Positions 1 to 9,692 of a stretch of 64,000 nucleotides of DNA are shown piece by piece. Source of the stretch: Oscillospiraceae bacterium. Lineage in GTDB: Bacteria > Bacillota > Clostridia > Oscillospirales > Acutalibacteraceae. Positions within the stretch are counted from its first letter, which is position 1. Each line of letters opens with the position of its first letter. The notes beneath the pieces were generated by a model. It did not search any database. It was given only the letters and a program-made list of their open reading frames with translations, and had not been told where the DNA came from. Location of the stretch: the NCBI GenBank assembly GCA_902796075.1, contig CADBNN010000020.1, forward strand, positions 4,258-68,257, in the 5' to 3' direction. The translations under genes and the position numbers were made by a program.

Positions 1-113
1 AAACCGCTGGCCACGGCGGCCCGTATCACCGCCTGGTGGCCGGGGTGCAATCCGTCAAAGGTGCCCAGCGCCACCGCGGTGGGGGCGGTTGGTTGAAGGG
101 GGATCGAATTCAT
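1..113 (-). CDS. ribF: Bifunctional riboflavin kinase/FMN adenylyltransferase, N-terminal fragment (gene continues off the window start)
   Basis: The reverse complement of 1-122 has GAGGTAA followed by ATG (113-111) and reads MNSIPLQPTAPTAVALGTFDGLHPGHQAVI... The GTFDGLHPGH nucleotidyltransferase motif is typical of the RibF N-terminus. Position downstream of truB is the usual synteny. Confidence 0.6.
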   Translation of the reverse strand, partial: MNSIPLQPTAPTAVALGTFDGLHPGHQAVIRAAVASG

Positions 114-122
114 GATTACCTC

Positions 123-1001
123 TTATAAAAAGCATTGAATGCACAAAACGCCCGCTTGGGCGTCTATGCGGCCAAGACCCAGCAGGCAACCTGCGGGATC
201 GTATACCCGCACAATACTCGCCGCGCCGGCGGGCAGGGTCAACCGGTCCAGATCCAGCCGGCCCCCGTTGCCGAAGCGGGCGGCCTGCGCCGCCGTAACG
301 GTAACGGCAGGGTAGGGAGTAAGGGCGCTTTCCACCGGCCGCAGCAGTTGTTCCGCCGGCATGGTTTTGGCTTGTTCCAGCGGCAGGCAGTCGGCCAGGG
401 TAAAGCCGCAGGCTTCGGTGCGCCGCAGGGTTTGCAGCATGGCGCCGCACCCCAGGGCACGCCCCATATCGTCGGCCAGCGACCGCACATAGGTGCCCTT
501 GGAGCAAACGATTTCAAGCGTATATTCCTGGGCGGCTTCGTCGCCGTCGATATACCGCAAGGCATGCACGGTAACGGGCCGCGCCGGTCGGGCCACGGTT
601 TTGCCCTGCCGGGCCAGATCATACAGCCGCACGCCCCCCACCGAAACAGCCGAAACCATGGGCGGCACCTGCATTTGGGGCCCGGTGAACCGGGGCAGCA
701 GGGCCTGCACCTGGGCGGGGGTAACGTGGCTTTCGGTTTGAGTCAGCACGGTGCCGGTGGCGTCCAGCGTGTCGGTGGTAACGCCAAAGCGCACCACCGC
801 CCGGTAGGCTTTGTCGGTTACGGGCATGCAGTCGCACAGCCGGGTGGCTTTGCCCACCAAAAGCGGCAGCACGCCGGTCGCCATAGGGTCCAGCGTGCCG
901 GTGTGGCCGATTTTGCGAGTGCCCAATACCCGCCGCATAACGGCCACCACGTCAAACGACGTAAAGCCGGCGGGCTTATCGATCAAAACCAGGCCGGTCA
1001 T
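123..1001 (-). CDS. truB: tRNA pseudouridine(55) synthase
   Basis: 292 aa. MTGLVLIDKPAGFTSFDVV...HTGTLDPMATGVLPLLVGKATR matches the TruB catalytic-Asp motif region. It overlaps the nrnA stop by 4 nt. Confidence 0.9.
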   Translation of the reverse strand: MTGLVLIDKPAGFTSFDVVAVMRRVLGTRKIGHTGTLDPMATGVLPLLVGKATRLCDCMPVTDKAYRAVVRFGVTTDTLDATGTVLTQTESHVTPAQVQALLPRFTGPQMQVPPMVSAVSVGGVRLYDLARQGKTVARPARPVTVHALRYIDGDEAAQEYTLEIVCSKGTYVRSLADDMGRALGCGAMLQTLRRTEACGFTLADCLPLEQAKTMPAEQLLRPVESALTPYPAVTVTAAQAARFGNGGRLDLDRLTLPAGAASIVRVYDPAGCLLGLGRIDAQAGVLCIQCFL

Positions 1002-1951
1002 TGGGCTTGGGAAAGGGCGGCTGTGCAGGCGGCCAGCAGTTGCTGTTTGGCGGTTGCCAGATCACAAGTGAATCGGCAGCCCGCCGCGCCCGTGTGCCCG
1101 CCGCCCCCGAATTGGGCGCAAATGGCCGCCGAACTGATGGGGCCGCGAGAGCGCACCGAAACCCGGTATTCGCCCTGTTCGTTTTCTCGCAGGGTGCAGC
1201 CGATGAGCACCCCTTCCACCTGCCGGGGCAGGGAGGTGATGCCTTCCAGATCGCCTTCTTCGGCATGGGTCTCCTGCCGCATGCGGTTGGTGATGGTGAT
1301 AAAGGCGATCTTGCCGTCGGCAAAAAATTCCATGCCCTCCAAAATGGCCCGTTCAATGGCAATGCGGGCGCGGGATTTGGTATCGAACATGGCTTGGTTG
1401 ATCTGTTCGATGTCGGCGCCGGCCTGCATCATGCGGGCGGCGGCCAGGTGGCAGGCGGCGGTGGTGTTGGTGTACTTAAAACAGCCGGTATCGGTAGAAA
1501 TGCCGGTGTATAAACAATTGGCCAAATAGGCATCTACCGGCACGGCCAGCGCGTCCAGCACCGCCAGCACCACTTCCGCGCAGGAAGCGGCGTCAGCCTG
1601 CACCAGCGAATGGGCGGCAAACCTTTCGTGAGTGCCGTGGTGGTCAATGGCCAGTTCGATTTTGCCGGCATAATCGGTCCCCCCCGGTCCCAGAAGGGAA
1701 AGGGAAGCCACGTCGGTACTCACAAAAAAGGCCGGTTCAAAATCCTGGTGGGTATAGGGGTCGGTGATATACGCGTAGGCAGGCGGAACGGGGTGAGCGC
1801 ACCGCACGTTGGCCTGCTTGCCCAGCAGGCGCAGGGCCCGGCACAGGGCATAGCCGCTGCCGATGGTGTCACCGTCCGGATAGGCGTGCAGCAACACTTC
1901 AAACCGGTCGTTTTCCTGCAGCAGCCGGGCGGCTTGTTGCACAGTGATCAT
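998..1951 (-). CDS. nrnA: DHH/DHHA1 family phosphoesterase (NrnA-like bifunctional oligoribonuclease/pAp phosphatase)
   Basis: 317 aa with DHH-type metal motifs (AYPDGDTIGS, DHH) and the C-terminal GGGGHTGAAG DHHA1 motif. It sits between rbfA and truB, as in many Firmicutes. Confidence 0.8.
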   Translation of the reverse strand: MITVQQAARLLQENDRFEVLLHAYPDGDTIGSGYALCRALRLLGKQANVRCAHPVPPAYAYITDPYTHQDFEPAFFVSTDVASLSLLGPGGTDYAGKIELAIDHHGTHERFAAHSLVQADAASCAEVVLAVLDALAVPVDAYLANCLYTGISTDTGCFKYTNTTAACHLAAARMMQAGADIEQINQAMFDTKSRARIAIERAILEGMEFFADGKIAFITITNRMRQETHAEEGDLEGITSLPRQVEGVLIGCTLRENEQGEYRVSVRSRGPISSAAICAQFGGGGHTGAAGCRFTCDLATAKQQLLAACTAALSQAQ

Positions 1952-2334
1952 GTAGCATCCTCACTTTGTTCGTCGGTCGCGTCCTCCTCGGCCGGAATGT
2001 CCAGCGACTGGAGGATCTGCGCAATGTGGGCGCCGTGGGCAATAGAGCCGTCGGCAATAAACTTCAATTCCGGGGTTTTGCGCAGTTTCAGCCGGGCGGC
2101 CAGTTCCCGCCGGATGTAGCCGTTGGCGCTGGCCAGCCCCTGCAAGGTGCTTTTGGTGGCGGCTTCGTCCCCCATAACGCTAACAAAAATTTTGGCGTAA
2201 GAAAGATCGCCGCTCACTTCGGTGCGCACCACCGTTACCATGGTGGCAATGCGGGGATCCTTTAAGCTGCGCAGAATGTCAGCCAGCTCGCGCTTTACGT
2301 CTTCATTCACGCGGCCCATACGTTTGGATGGCAT
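1948..2334 (-). CDS. rbfA: Ribosome-binding factor A
   Basis: 128 aa. RVNEDVKRELADIL...ATMVTVVRTEVSGDLSYAKIFVSV is the RbfA signature. Located downstream of infB. Confidence 0.9.
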   Translation of the reverse strand: MPSKRMGRVNEDVKRELADILRSLKDPRIATMVTVVRTEVSGDLSYAKIFVSVMGDEAATKSTLQGLASANGYIRRELAARLKLRKTPELKFIADGSIAHGAHIAQILQSLDIPAEEDATDEQSEDAT

Positions 2335-2349
2335 GTTAAGCCCCCCTTT

Positions 2350-4896
2350 TTATTCTCTGTATTCTTCCATAATAAAGGCTTCCAGCACGTCGCCTTCTTT
2401 AATATCCGAAAACTTGGCAAGCCCAATGCCGCATTCGTAGCCGGAAGCCACTTCTTTCACGTCGTCCTTGAAGCGGCGCAGGGAGTCGATGGCGTCTTCG
2501 GCGATCACAATGCCGTCCCGCACCACGCGGATCTGGCAGGCGCGGGTGACCTTGCCGGACAGCACGTAGCTGCCGGCGATGGTGCCGGCGGAAGAGATCT
2601 TGAACACGGAGCGCACTTCGATGCGGCCCATTTCCACTTCCCGGAACTTGGGCGCCAGCATGCCCTTCATGGCGGCTTCGATCTCTTCAATGCAATCGTA
2701 AATGACCCGGTACATGCGCAGTTCCACACCGTCCCGTTGGGCATTGGCCTGGGCGGTGGGGTCGGGGCGCACGTTAAAGCCCACTACAATGGCGTTGGAG
2801 GCGTTGGCCAGCATCACGTCCGATTCGCTGATGGCGCCCACGCCGCCGTGGATGACCCGTACCCGCACTTCGTCGTTAGACAGTTTTTCCAGCGACTGGC
2901 GCACGGCTTCCACCGAGCCTTGCACGTCGGCTTTGACTACGATATTCAGTTCCTTTACGTCGCCCTGCTGCATCTGGTCGAACAGATTATCCAGCGTGAC
3001 CTTTTGCTGCGAGCGGAACTGTTCTTCCTTGGCGGCGGCTTTGCGCTGTTCCACCAGTTCGCGGGCCAGCCGTTCGTCTGAAACCGCGTTAAAGGTATCG
3101 CCGGCCTCGGGCACTTCGGCCATGCCGGTGATCTCCACGGGAATGGAGGGGCCGGCTTCGTTCACTTTTTCGCCTTTGTCGTTGGTCATCACGCGCACGC
3201 GGCCCACGGCGGTGCCGGCCACAATAATGTCGCCGGTGCGCAGGGTGCCGTTTTGCACCAGCAGGGTGGCAATGGGGCCGCGGCCTTTATCCAGCCGGGC
3301 TTCTATCACGGTGCCCTTGGCGGGCCGGTCGGGATTGGCCTTGAGTTCCAGCATATCGGCCACCAGAATAATGCTTTCCAGCAGTTTATCCAGGTTCATG
3401 CCGGTAAGGGCCGAAACGGGCACGCAGATCACGTCGCCGCCCCATTCTTCGGGCACCAGGCCATGTTCGGTGAGCTGCTGCATGATCTTATCGGGCGTCA
3501 CGCCGGGCTTATCCATTTTATTGATGGCCACAATGATCTGCACGTTGGCCGCCCGGGCGTGGTTGATGGCTTCAATGGTTTGGGGCATAATGCCGTCGTC
3601 CGCCGCCACCACCAGCACGGCCACGTCGGTAGCCATGGCGCCGCGGGCCCGCATAGAGGTGAAGGCCGCGTGGCCGGGGGTATCCAGGAAGGTGATCTCC
3701 CGGTCGCCCACCGGCACCCGGTAAGCGCCGATGTGCTGGGTGATGCCGCCCGCTTCGGTGGCGGTCACGCTGGTGTTGCGAATGGCGTCCAGCAGCGAGG
3801 TTTTGCCGTGGTCTACGTGACCCATGACCACCACAACGGGGCTGCGGGGCTTCAGGCTTTCGGCGGTGTCTTCGCTGTCGTCAATGATCCGGTCTTCAAT
3901 GGTGACGACCACTTCTTTTTCCACCACGGCGCCCATTTCGGTGGCCACAATAGCGGCGGTGTCATAGTCGATCACTTCATTCACCGACGCCATTACGCCC
4001 AGCTTCATAAGCTGTTTAATGACCTCGGCCGCCGTTTTCTTCATGCGGGAGGCCAGTTCGCTCACCGAGATCTCGTCGCCGATGGTGACTTTGATGGGTG
4101 TGTTTTTGATTTTTTCCAGTTGGATGCGGCGCAGTTTGTCTGCTTCGTTTTCCGCTTTAGACCGCTGATTGCGCCGGTAGTCTTTAGACCGCTGGTTGAG
4201 TTTTTGCTTGTTTGTGTTGGAATCGCGCATAGAGCGGTCGGGCGCCAGGTTGGTATATTTTTCGTTGTACTTTTCCAGGTCTACGTTGTCGCTGCGGGTG
4301 TTGATGTGCCGCACGGTGCCGGGCCCGCGGTTGGGCTGAGCGCCCGGTTCCCGGTTGGCCTTTTCCTGCTCTTTTTTGGCTGCGGCGGCCGCGGCGGCGG
4401 CGTTGAATTTGGCGTCGTCTTCCGGCCGGTGAGCCGGGGCTTCCGGCTTGGGCTTGGCAGGCGCTTTGGGTTTTGCGGGAGCCTTGGTTTCGGCTTTTGC
4501 CGCTTTTTGGACCTTTTCGGGCTTTTCGACTTTGGCAGGGGCGGCTTCTTTGGCGTCGTCCGCGTCAACCGGGGTTTCTTCCGCCGGTTTGCCGCCGTTT
4601 TTCAGCATTTCCAAAATCGCGGCCTGCTGGGCCAGCAATTCGGCTTTTTTGGCGTCCTTTTCCGCCTTGCGGGCGGCACGGGCTTCTTCGCCCATTTTAA
4701 AATAGGCGTCAAAACTCTTCACGGCCCGGTCCTGGGTAAAGGCGTCAAACACAATGTTCAACTCCTCTTCGGTCAGGGCGGTCATGTGCTTTTTGGTATC
4801 GCCGGTGTATTGCTGTAAAACGTCGATCACCTTTTTGTTATTGGCTTCGCCGAAATCCTTGGCGACCTCATGCACACGGTATTTAATCATCATCAT
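2350..4896 (-). CDS. infB: Translation initiation factor IF-2
   Basis: 848 aa. N-terminal [16 protein letters not shown], a Lys/Ala/Pro-rich linker, the G-domain [12 protein letters not shown] and DTPGH motifs, and a C-terminal beta-barrel. The start could be any of the three ATGs at 4896, 4893 or 4890. Confidence 0.95.
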   Translation of the reverse strand: MMMIKYRVHEVAKDFGEANNKKVIDVLQQYTGDTKKHMTALTEEELNIVFDAFTQDRAVKSFDAYFKMGEEARAARKAEKDAKKAELLAQQAAILEMLKNGGKPAEETPVDADDAKEAAPAKVEKPEKVQKAAKAETKAPAKPKAPAKPKPEAPAHRPEDDAKFNAAAAAAAAKKEQEKANREPGAQPNRGPGTVRHINTRSDNVDLEKYNEKYTNLAPDRSMRDSNTNKQKLNQRSKDYRRNQRSKAENEADKLRRIQLEKIKNTPIKVTIGDEISVSELASRMKKTAAEVIKQLMKLGVMASVNEVIDYDTAAIVATEMGAVVEKEVVVTIEDRIIDDSEDTAESLKPRSPVVVVMGHVDHGKTSLLDAIRNTSVTATEAGGITQHIGAYRVPVGDREITFLDTPGHAAFTSMRARGAMATDVAVLVVAADDGIMPQTIEAINHARAANVQIIVAINKMDKPGVTPDKIMQQLTEHGLVPEEWGGDVICVPVSALTGMNLDKLLESIILVADMLELKANPDRPAKGTVIEARLDKGRGPIATLLVQNGTLRTGDIIVAGTAVGRVRVMTNDKGEKVNEAGPSIPVEITGMAEVPEAGDTFNAVSDERLARELVEQRKAAAKEEQFRSQQKVTLDNLFDQMQQGDVKELNIVVKADVQGSVEAVRQSLEKLSNDEVRVRVIHGGVGAISESDVMLANASNAIVVGFNVRPDPTAQANAQRDGVELRMYRVIYDCIEEIEAAMKGMLAPKFREVEMGRIEVRSVFKISSAGTIAGSYVLSGKVTRACQIRVVRDGIVIAEDAIDSLRRFKDDVKEVASGYECGIGLAKFSDIKEGDVLEAFIMEEYRE

Positions 4897-5206
4897 ATGT
4901 CGTTTCCTCCTGATTGATCAGCAGCAGTGCTTGTTTGGCGAACCCCTCGTCGGTCACGGTCACCGTGCCGGCCGGGGCGCCCACGGCGTGAGACAGTTGT
5001 TCGCGGGTGGGGGCGATGCGTCGTATCGCAACGGAATCGCCGGCCTTGAACCGGACTTCTTTTTCTGTGCGGGCGGCTACGTCGCCGGCAATAAGGATCA
5101 GCGCGGCGGTGCGCTGTTCCACTGCCTGCAGGGTTTGTTCAAACCCCAGCCGCAAACGGCCGGCCCGGCGGCACAGGCCCAACAGAGAAAGCAGTTTGCT
5201 ATTCAT
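4883..5206 (-). CDS. ylxQ: L7Ae-family ribosomal-protein-like RNA-binding protein (YlxQ)
   Basis: 107 aa with GLCRRAGRL and IAGDVA motifs of the L7Ae/L30e fold. Conserved position between ylxR and infB. Confidence 0.8.
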   Translation of the reverse strand: MNSKLLSLLGLCRRAGRLRLGFEQTLQAVEQRTAALILIAGDVAARTEKEVRFKAGDSVAIRRIAPTREQLSHAVGAPAGTVTVTDEGFAKQALLLINQEETTYDDD

Positions 5207-5471
5207 TTGCCTTTAATTCCTCCTCCATGGCGTCAAACACCGCTTCGGGTATAGGCGCGGAAAAGGCTTTTTCAAACCGGCGTGCCTTGCGGGCGGCGGC
5301 AAAGCAGGCGGAACTGCGGCACACATAAGCGCCGCGGCCGGGCTTTTTGCCCGTCAGGTCCAGCGAAACTTCACCGGCCTGGCTGCGCACCACCCGGATG
5401 AGTTCGCCTTTTGGTTTCATTTCGCCGCAGCCGCTGCACTTGCGCAGCGGGATCTTGCGAGGTTTTTGCAT
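5199..5471 (-). CDS. ylxR: YlxR/DUF448 RNA-binding protein
   Basis: 90 aa. RKCSGCGEMKPKGELIRVV...GRGAYVC is the typical YlxR motif. Located between nusA and ylxQ. Confidence 0.8.
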   Translation of the reverse strand: MQKPRKIPLRKCSGCGEMKPKGELIRVVRSQAGEVSLDLTGKKPGRGAYVCRSSACFAAARKARRFEKAFSAPIPEAVFDAMEEELKANE

Positions 5472-5513
5472 GGCGGCCTTCTCCTTCCTGAACGAATGGG
5501 TTATTGTTGGCTG

Positions 5514-6575
5514 TTATTCGCCGTAAAAGCCGCTTTCGGGCCGAATGTCGATTTTCCACCCGGTCAAACGGGCGGCCAGGCGCACGTTTTGCCCTTTGTT
5601 GCCGATGGCCAGCGAAAGCTGACTGTCCGGCACGGTGACCCGGCAGGCCTTCGAGCCGTCTTCCGCCGGTTCCACCGATACCACCTTGGCAGGGGAAAGG
5701 GCTTCGGCAATAAAGGCGGCGGGGTCTTCGTGATAGCGCACGATGTCGATCTTTTCACCGTCCAGCTCATCTACGATCTTGGCCACGCGGGTGCCTTTGG
5801 GCCCGATGCAGGAGCCGATGGGATCGATGGCTTCGTCGTGAGAATACACCGCCAGCTTGGTGCGGGAGCCGGCTTCGCGGGAGATGGCTTTGATTTCGAT
5901 GGTGCCGTCGTAAATTTCGGGCACTTCCATTTCAAACAGTCGGCGCACCAGCCCCGAATGGGTGCGGGAGATCTTGACCTTGGGGCCCCGGTCGGTTTCA
6001 AACACGTCCACAATAAACACCTTCACGTGTTCGCCCTCGCGCAGTTCCTCGCCCGGCACCTGTTCGCCCTTGGGCAGCACATATTCGGCGGTGCCGATCT
6101 GCACCGTAACGTTGCCGGTGCGGGGGTCCACCGTGTGTACAACGGCCGTGACCAATTCCTGATTCTTGTTCTGGAACTCTTCCATAGCCTGGCCCCGTTC
6201 CGCGTCCCGAATGCCTTGCCGGATCACGTGCTTGGCGGTTTGGGCCGCAATGCGGCCGAAGGCGCGGGTGTCCAGCGGGATCTCTACCACGTCGCCCACC
6301 TTGGCGCCCCGTTTGATCTTTTTGGCGTCGGCCACCAGTATGTCGGTGTCCGGGTCTTCGATCTCTTCCACCACGTTTTTGCGCACGAATACGTCAAAGA
6401 TCTGTTCCACGGGATCGATGTTGCAAAATACCACGTCTTTGGAACCGTAGTCTTTTTTGACCGAGGTCACGATGGCGGCGGCGATTTTTTCGGCGATGTA
6501 TTCCGCCGGAATGCCCTTTTCTTTTTCCATATACAGCAGGGCTTCAAAAAATTCGTTTTTGTTTGCGTTGGTCAT
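5514..6575 (-). CDS. nusA: Transcription termination/antitermination factor NusA
   Basis: 353 aa. N-terminal MTNANKNEFFEALLYMEKEKGIP, S1 and KH domains (IGPKGTRV, IGNKGQNVRLAARLTGWKIDI). Confidence 0.95.
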   Translation of the reverse strand: MTNANKNEFFEALLYMEKEKGIPAEYIAEKIAAAIVTSVKKDYGSKDVVFCNIDPVEQIFDVFVRKNVVEEIEDPDTDILVADAKKIKRGAKVGDVVEIPLDTRAFGRIAAQTAKHVIRQGIRDAERGQAMEEFQNKNQELVTAVVHTVDPRTGNVTVQIGTAEYVLPKGEQVPGEELREGEHVKVFIVDVFETDRGPKVKISRTHSGLVRRLFEMEVPEIYDGTIEIKAISREAGSRTKLAVYSHDEAIDPIGSCIGPKGTRVAKIVDELDGEKIDIVRYHEDPAAFIAEALSPAKVVSVEPAEDGSKACRVTVPDSQLSLAIGNKGQNVRLAARLTGWKIDIRPESGFYGE

Positions 6576-6603
6576 GATTTGTTAATTCCTCCAAACTGGT
6601 GTG

Positions 6604-7098
6604 TTACAATGCCTTGTTAAAAGGATCGTCGTCTAATTTCACGGCAGCCACGTCGGCTTCTGCCAGACTAAGGGCGGCGCCGTTTTCGTCAGTGAGTGCT
6701 AGCATGCCGTTTTGCTTGCCGGCCAGCGTGGCGCGCAGCACCTTTTGGCCGTTAAGCGGGCGGTAAAGATGCACGGTGACAGGCTTACCCTGCATTTGCG
6801 CAAAATGGGCGGGACGGGTCAATTCCCGGTTGAGCCCCGGCGAGCTGACTTCCAGATAATAGGACGGCTCAATAAAATCCGCTTCGTCCAGCGGGTCGTC
6901 CAGCGCCCGGGAAAGGGCTTCGCAGTCTTCAATGGTCACGCCGCCGGGCTTGTCGATAAAATACCGCAAATACCAGGCCGCGCCCTCTTTCACAAACCGC
7001 ACGTCCCACAAAGCAAGACCCAGTTGGGCCGCAATGGGGGCGGCCAGTTGTTCCGCGCGGGCGGCTACGCCACCGTCTTTTTTGGGCAAACCGATCAT
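6604..7098 (-). CDS. rimP: Ribosome maturation factor RimP
   Basis: WDVRFVKEGAAWYLRYFIDKPGGVTIEDCE...YLEVSSPGLNRELTR matches RimP. I placed the start at the ATG giving MIGLPKK (7098), preceded by GAAAGG. The ORF is open up to 7137, so the start is uncertain. Confidence 0.8.
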   Translation of the reverse strand: MIGLPKKDGGVAARAEQLAAPIAAQLGLALWDVRFVKEGAAWYLRYFIDKPGGVTIEDCEALSRALDDPLDEADFIEPSYYLEVSSPGLNRELTRPAHFAQMQGKPVTVHLYRPLNGQKVLRATLAGKQNGMLALTDENGAALSLAEADVAAVKLDDDPFNKAL

Positions 7099-7189
7099 CC
7101 TTTCACAGCAAAAGTTGCATAACGCCGGATGAAACATAAAAGAGCGGGTCGCCCCACTCTTTCACCTACGCTTCTATCCTACTAAATGA

Positions 7190-7218
7190 ACTATATCACA
7201 TGTGAAAAACAAATGCAA
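7190..7218 (-). promoter_or_regulatory. Putative sigma-A promoter of the rimP-nusA-infB operon (minus strand). On plus coordinates the -35 TTGCAT is at 7218-7213 and the -10 TATAGT at 7195-7190.
   Basis: The reverse complement reads TTGCAT, a 17-nt spacer, then TATAGT, about 90 nt upstream of the rimP start. It is embedded in an inverted repeat TGTGAAAAA..TTTTTCACA (7201-7231). Confidence 0.45.
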
Positions 7219-7262
7219 GTGTTTTTTCACAAAAAAAGCAAGTTTTTTTGGGGGTCTGGCCG

Positions 7263-7291
7263 TTGACAAACCGCCGCCCGGCCGCTACAAT
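7263..7291 (+). promoter_or_regulatory. Consensus-like sigma-A promoter, TTGACA-17-TACAAT, for the 7316 gene (divergent from the rimP promoter)
   Basis: TTGACA (7263-7268), a 17-nt GC-rich spacer, TACAAT (7286-7291). The AAAGGGGGG RBS and GTG start at 7316 follow. Confidence 0.55.
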
Positions 7292-7315
7292 AAACAAAAA
7301 AAGGGGGGATAAGCC

Positions 7316-8023
7316 GTGCGAAGCGATTTGTGCAGTATTCCGGTGGAGGAAGTTTTCGCTCCGCGGGAGGGCTGTCCCCTGTGCCGCATGCGGGCCATGC
7401 TGGAAGAGCGGGTGCTCACCTACATTATGGGCGCCGCCATGATGGAACCCGACGTGCGCATACAAACCAACCGGCAGGGATTTTGCTTTGACCATCTCAA
7501 AAAAATGCTCAATCGGCGCAACCGGCTTTCGGTGGCGCTTATGCTGGAAAGCCACCTGACCGAACTGGACCGGCGGGTGTTCGGGCAGGGCAAGCCCTTT
7601 TTCTTAAAGCCTTCCGCCGGCGCGGGCGGGCGTTCGGCCGAACGGGCGGGGGAGACCTGCTTTGTGTGTGAACAGATCGAAACCGGCATGAGCCAGTTGG
7701 TGCGCAACACCATGGTGCTGTATGAAAACGACCGGGCGTTCCGCGAGCTGTTTGCCGGGCAGCCTCAATTCTGCCTGCCCCATTACAGCCTGCTGGCCGC
7801 CGCCGCGGAAAAGCAGTTGAGCAAAAAATACCGGGCCCGGTGTTTAGAGGATCTGACCCGCGTCACCCGTGCCGCTCTGGAAGAACTGCACGGCGACGTG
7901 AAGCATTTTTGTGATATGTTCGATTATCGCAACAACGGGCCGGACGCCGACTGGGGCAACGCCCGGGACGCGCTGGAGCGGGCCGCGCGGATGCTGACCG
8001 CCCGCGACCCGGAAACCGAATGA
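7316..8023 (+). CDS. Hypothetical Cys-rich protein (two CxxC pairs, CPLC and CFVC; DUF6062-like is my recollection only)
   Basis: 235 aa with a GTG start after a G-rich RBS. CPLCRM...GFCFDHL...CFVCEQ...FCLPHY indicates likely Zn binding. No family assigned with confidence. Confidence 0.55.
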   Translation: MRSDLCSIPVEEVFAPREGCPLCRMRAMLEERVLTYIMGAAMMEPDVRIQTNRQGFCFDHLKKMLNRRNRLSVALMLESHLTELDRRVFGQGKPFFLKPSAGAGGRSAERAGETCFVCEQIETGMSQLVRNTMVLYENDRAFRELFAGQPQFCLPHYSLLAAAAEKQLSKKYRARCLEDLTRVTRAALEELHGDVKHFCDMFDYRNNGPDADWGNARDALERAARMLTARDPETE

Positions 8024-8047
8024 TGCCACGAAAGGAGCAAACTGCTT

Positions 8048-8995
8048 ATGTATGTTGCGGGATTTGATATCGGCGGCACCAAGTGCGCCGTGATCACGGC
8101 CCAATGCGAAGGAGACGCTATTACGCTGGAACAAAAGGCGGTGTGTCCCACCGACCATTCCATTTCACCCGCGGCCATGATAGACCGCATGATGGACATG
8201 GCCGACGGTTTGCTGAAGCGCAAGCCGGACGCCATCGGTATTTCCTGCGGGGGACCGCTGGATTCCCGCAAGGGGATCATTTGCAGCCCGCCCAACCTGC
8301 CCGGATGGGACAGCGTGCCCATTGTGGCACAAATGCAGGCGCGTTACGGCGTGCCGGTGCGCTTGCAAAACGACGCCAACGCCTGTGCCCTGGCCGAATG
8401 GAAATACGGCGCCGGCAAGGGCTGTGAAAATATGATTTTTATGACCTTCGGCACCGGCATGGGCGGCGGTCTGATCCTCAACGGGCGGCTGTATGCCGGC
8501 ACCAACGATAACGCCGGCGAGATCGGCCACCTGCGGCTGGACCGGCTGGGTCCGGCGGGCTACGGCAAAACCGGTTCGTTTGAAGGCTTTTGCAGCGGCG
8601 GCGGCCTGGCCCAGTTGGGCTACACCATGGCGGTGGAACAGCTCCAGCGCGGGGTGTGCCCCGCCTATTTTGCCCCCCACATGACCGCTGCCGACGTGAC
8701 GGCCAAAACCGTGGGCGACGCGGCCGAAGCGGGGGACGAGACCGCCCTGGCCGTTTACCGCACCTGCGGGGAATATCTTGGCCGCGGCCTGGCGCTGCTG
8801 GTGGATGTGCTCAATCCCGAATGCATCGTGATCGGCAGCATTTTCGCCCGCAGTCGCGATCTGCTGTGGCCGGCGGCCGAACGGGTGCTGCGGCAAGAGG
8901 CGCTGCCGGGCGCGGTGGCCTGCTGCCGGGTGGTGCCCGCCCAATTAGGAGAACATATCGGCGATTACGCCGCGTGCGTAACGGCCGTTGTATAA
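8048..8995 (+). CDS. ROK family sugar kinase (glucokinase/N-acetylhexosamine kinase-like)
   Basis: 315 aa. N-terminal MYVAGFDIGGTKCAV ATP-binding motif, a ROK Zn motif region (GHLRLD...GCxGG-like FCSGGGLAQLGY), and an AAGGAG-type RBS. Confidence 0.85.
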   Translation: MYVAGFDIGGTKCAVITAQCEGDAITLEQKAVCPTDHSISPAAMIDRMMDMADGLLKRKPDAIGISCGGPLDSRKGIICSPPNLPGWDSVPIVAQMQARYGVPVRLQNDANACALAEWKYGAGKGCENMIFMTFGTGMGGGLILNGRLYAGTNDNAGEIGHLRLDRLGPAGYGKTGSFEGFCSGGGLAQLGYTMAVEQLQRGVCPAYFAPHMTAADVTAKTVGDAAEAGDETALAVYRTCGEYLGRGLALLVDVLNPECIVIGSIFARSRDLLWPAAERVLRQEALPGAVACCRVVPAQLGEHIGDYAACVTAVV

Positions 8996-9007
8996 GGAGA
9001 AATAACT

Positions 9008-9634
9008 ATGTTGCAGGAATTATTAGAACGCTATCCCGCCCTGGCCGCCTGCCGGGCGTCTATTGAACAGGCCGCCGCCTGTTGGATCGATTGCTTTGCG
9101 GACGGCGGCAAATTGCTGGTGTGCGGCAACGGCGGCAGCTGTGCCGATTCCGACCACATTGTGGGGGAACTGATGAAGGGCTTTTTGAAAAAACGGCCCC
9201 TTTCGGCGGCCCAAAAGCAAGCCATGCGCGAGCGTTGCCCCCAGTTGACCGAAGCCGAACTGAACAGCCTGCAGTTGGGACTGCCCACCGTGGCGCTGCC
9301 GGCCTTAACGGCGCTTAACACCGCCTTTTGCAACGACGCCGACCCCACCTTGCTTTACGCGCAGGGTGTCATGGGCCTGGGTCGGCCGGGCGACGTGCTG
9401 GTGGGCATCAGCACGTCGGGCAATTCCGCCAACGTGCTGGCCGCGGCCAAAACCGCCAAAGGATTGGGGCTCACGGTCATCGGCCTCACCGGGCAGGGGG
9501 GCGGCCGTCTGGCCCAGGTGGCCGATGTGTGCATTCGGGTGCCCGCCACCGAAACCTTTAAGGTGCAGGAACTGCATTTGCCGGTATATCACTATTTGTG
9601 CGCCGCTACCGAAGCCCATTTTTACGCCGAATAA
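9008..9634 (+). CDS. SIS-domain phosphosugar isomerase (GmhA/phosphoheptose isomerase-like)
   Basis: 208 aa. GNGGSCADSDHIVGEL and ISTSGNSANV are characteristic SIS/GmhA motifs. The AAGGAGA RBS is 7 nt upstream. Confidence 0.8.
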   Translation: MLQELLERYPALAACRASIEQAAACWIDCFADGGKLLVCGNGGSCADSDHIVGELMKGFLKKRPLSAAQKQAMRERCPQLTEAELNSLQLGLPTVALPALTALNTAFCNDADPTLLYAQGVMGLGRPGDVLVGISTSGNSANVLAAAKTAKGLGLTVIGLTGQGGGRLAQVADVCIRVPATETFKVQELHLPVYHYLCAATEAHFYAE

Positions 9635-9692
9635 AGCAAAAAACAAAAGCGATGCAACCGTTGGCTGCATCGCTTTTTCATTATGTTCGGTT

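Noticed and set aside
135-1529. 464-aa plus-strand ORF
   Set aside because: It is entirely antisense to truB/nrnA. The Gly/Ala/Arg/Pro-rich, low-complexity translation is typical of spurious ORFs in high-GC DNA.
3253-4818. 521-aa plus-strand ORF
   Set aside because: Antisense to infB. It has repetitive Gly/Val/Phe/His composition, with no RBS or domain.
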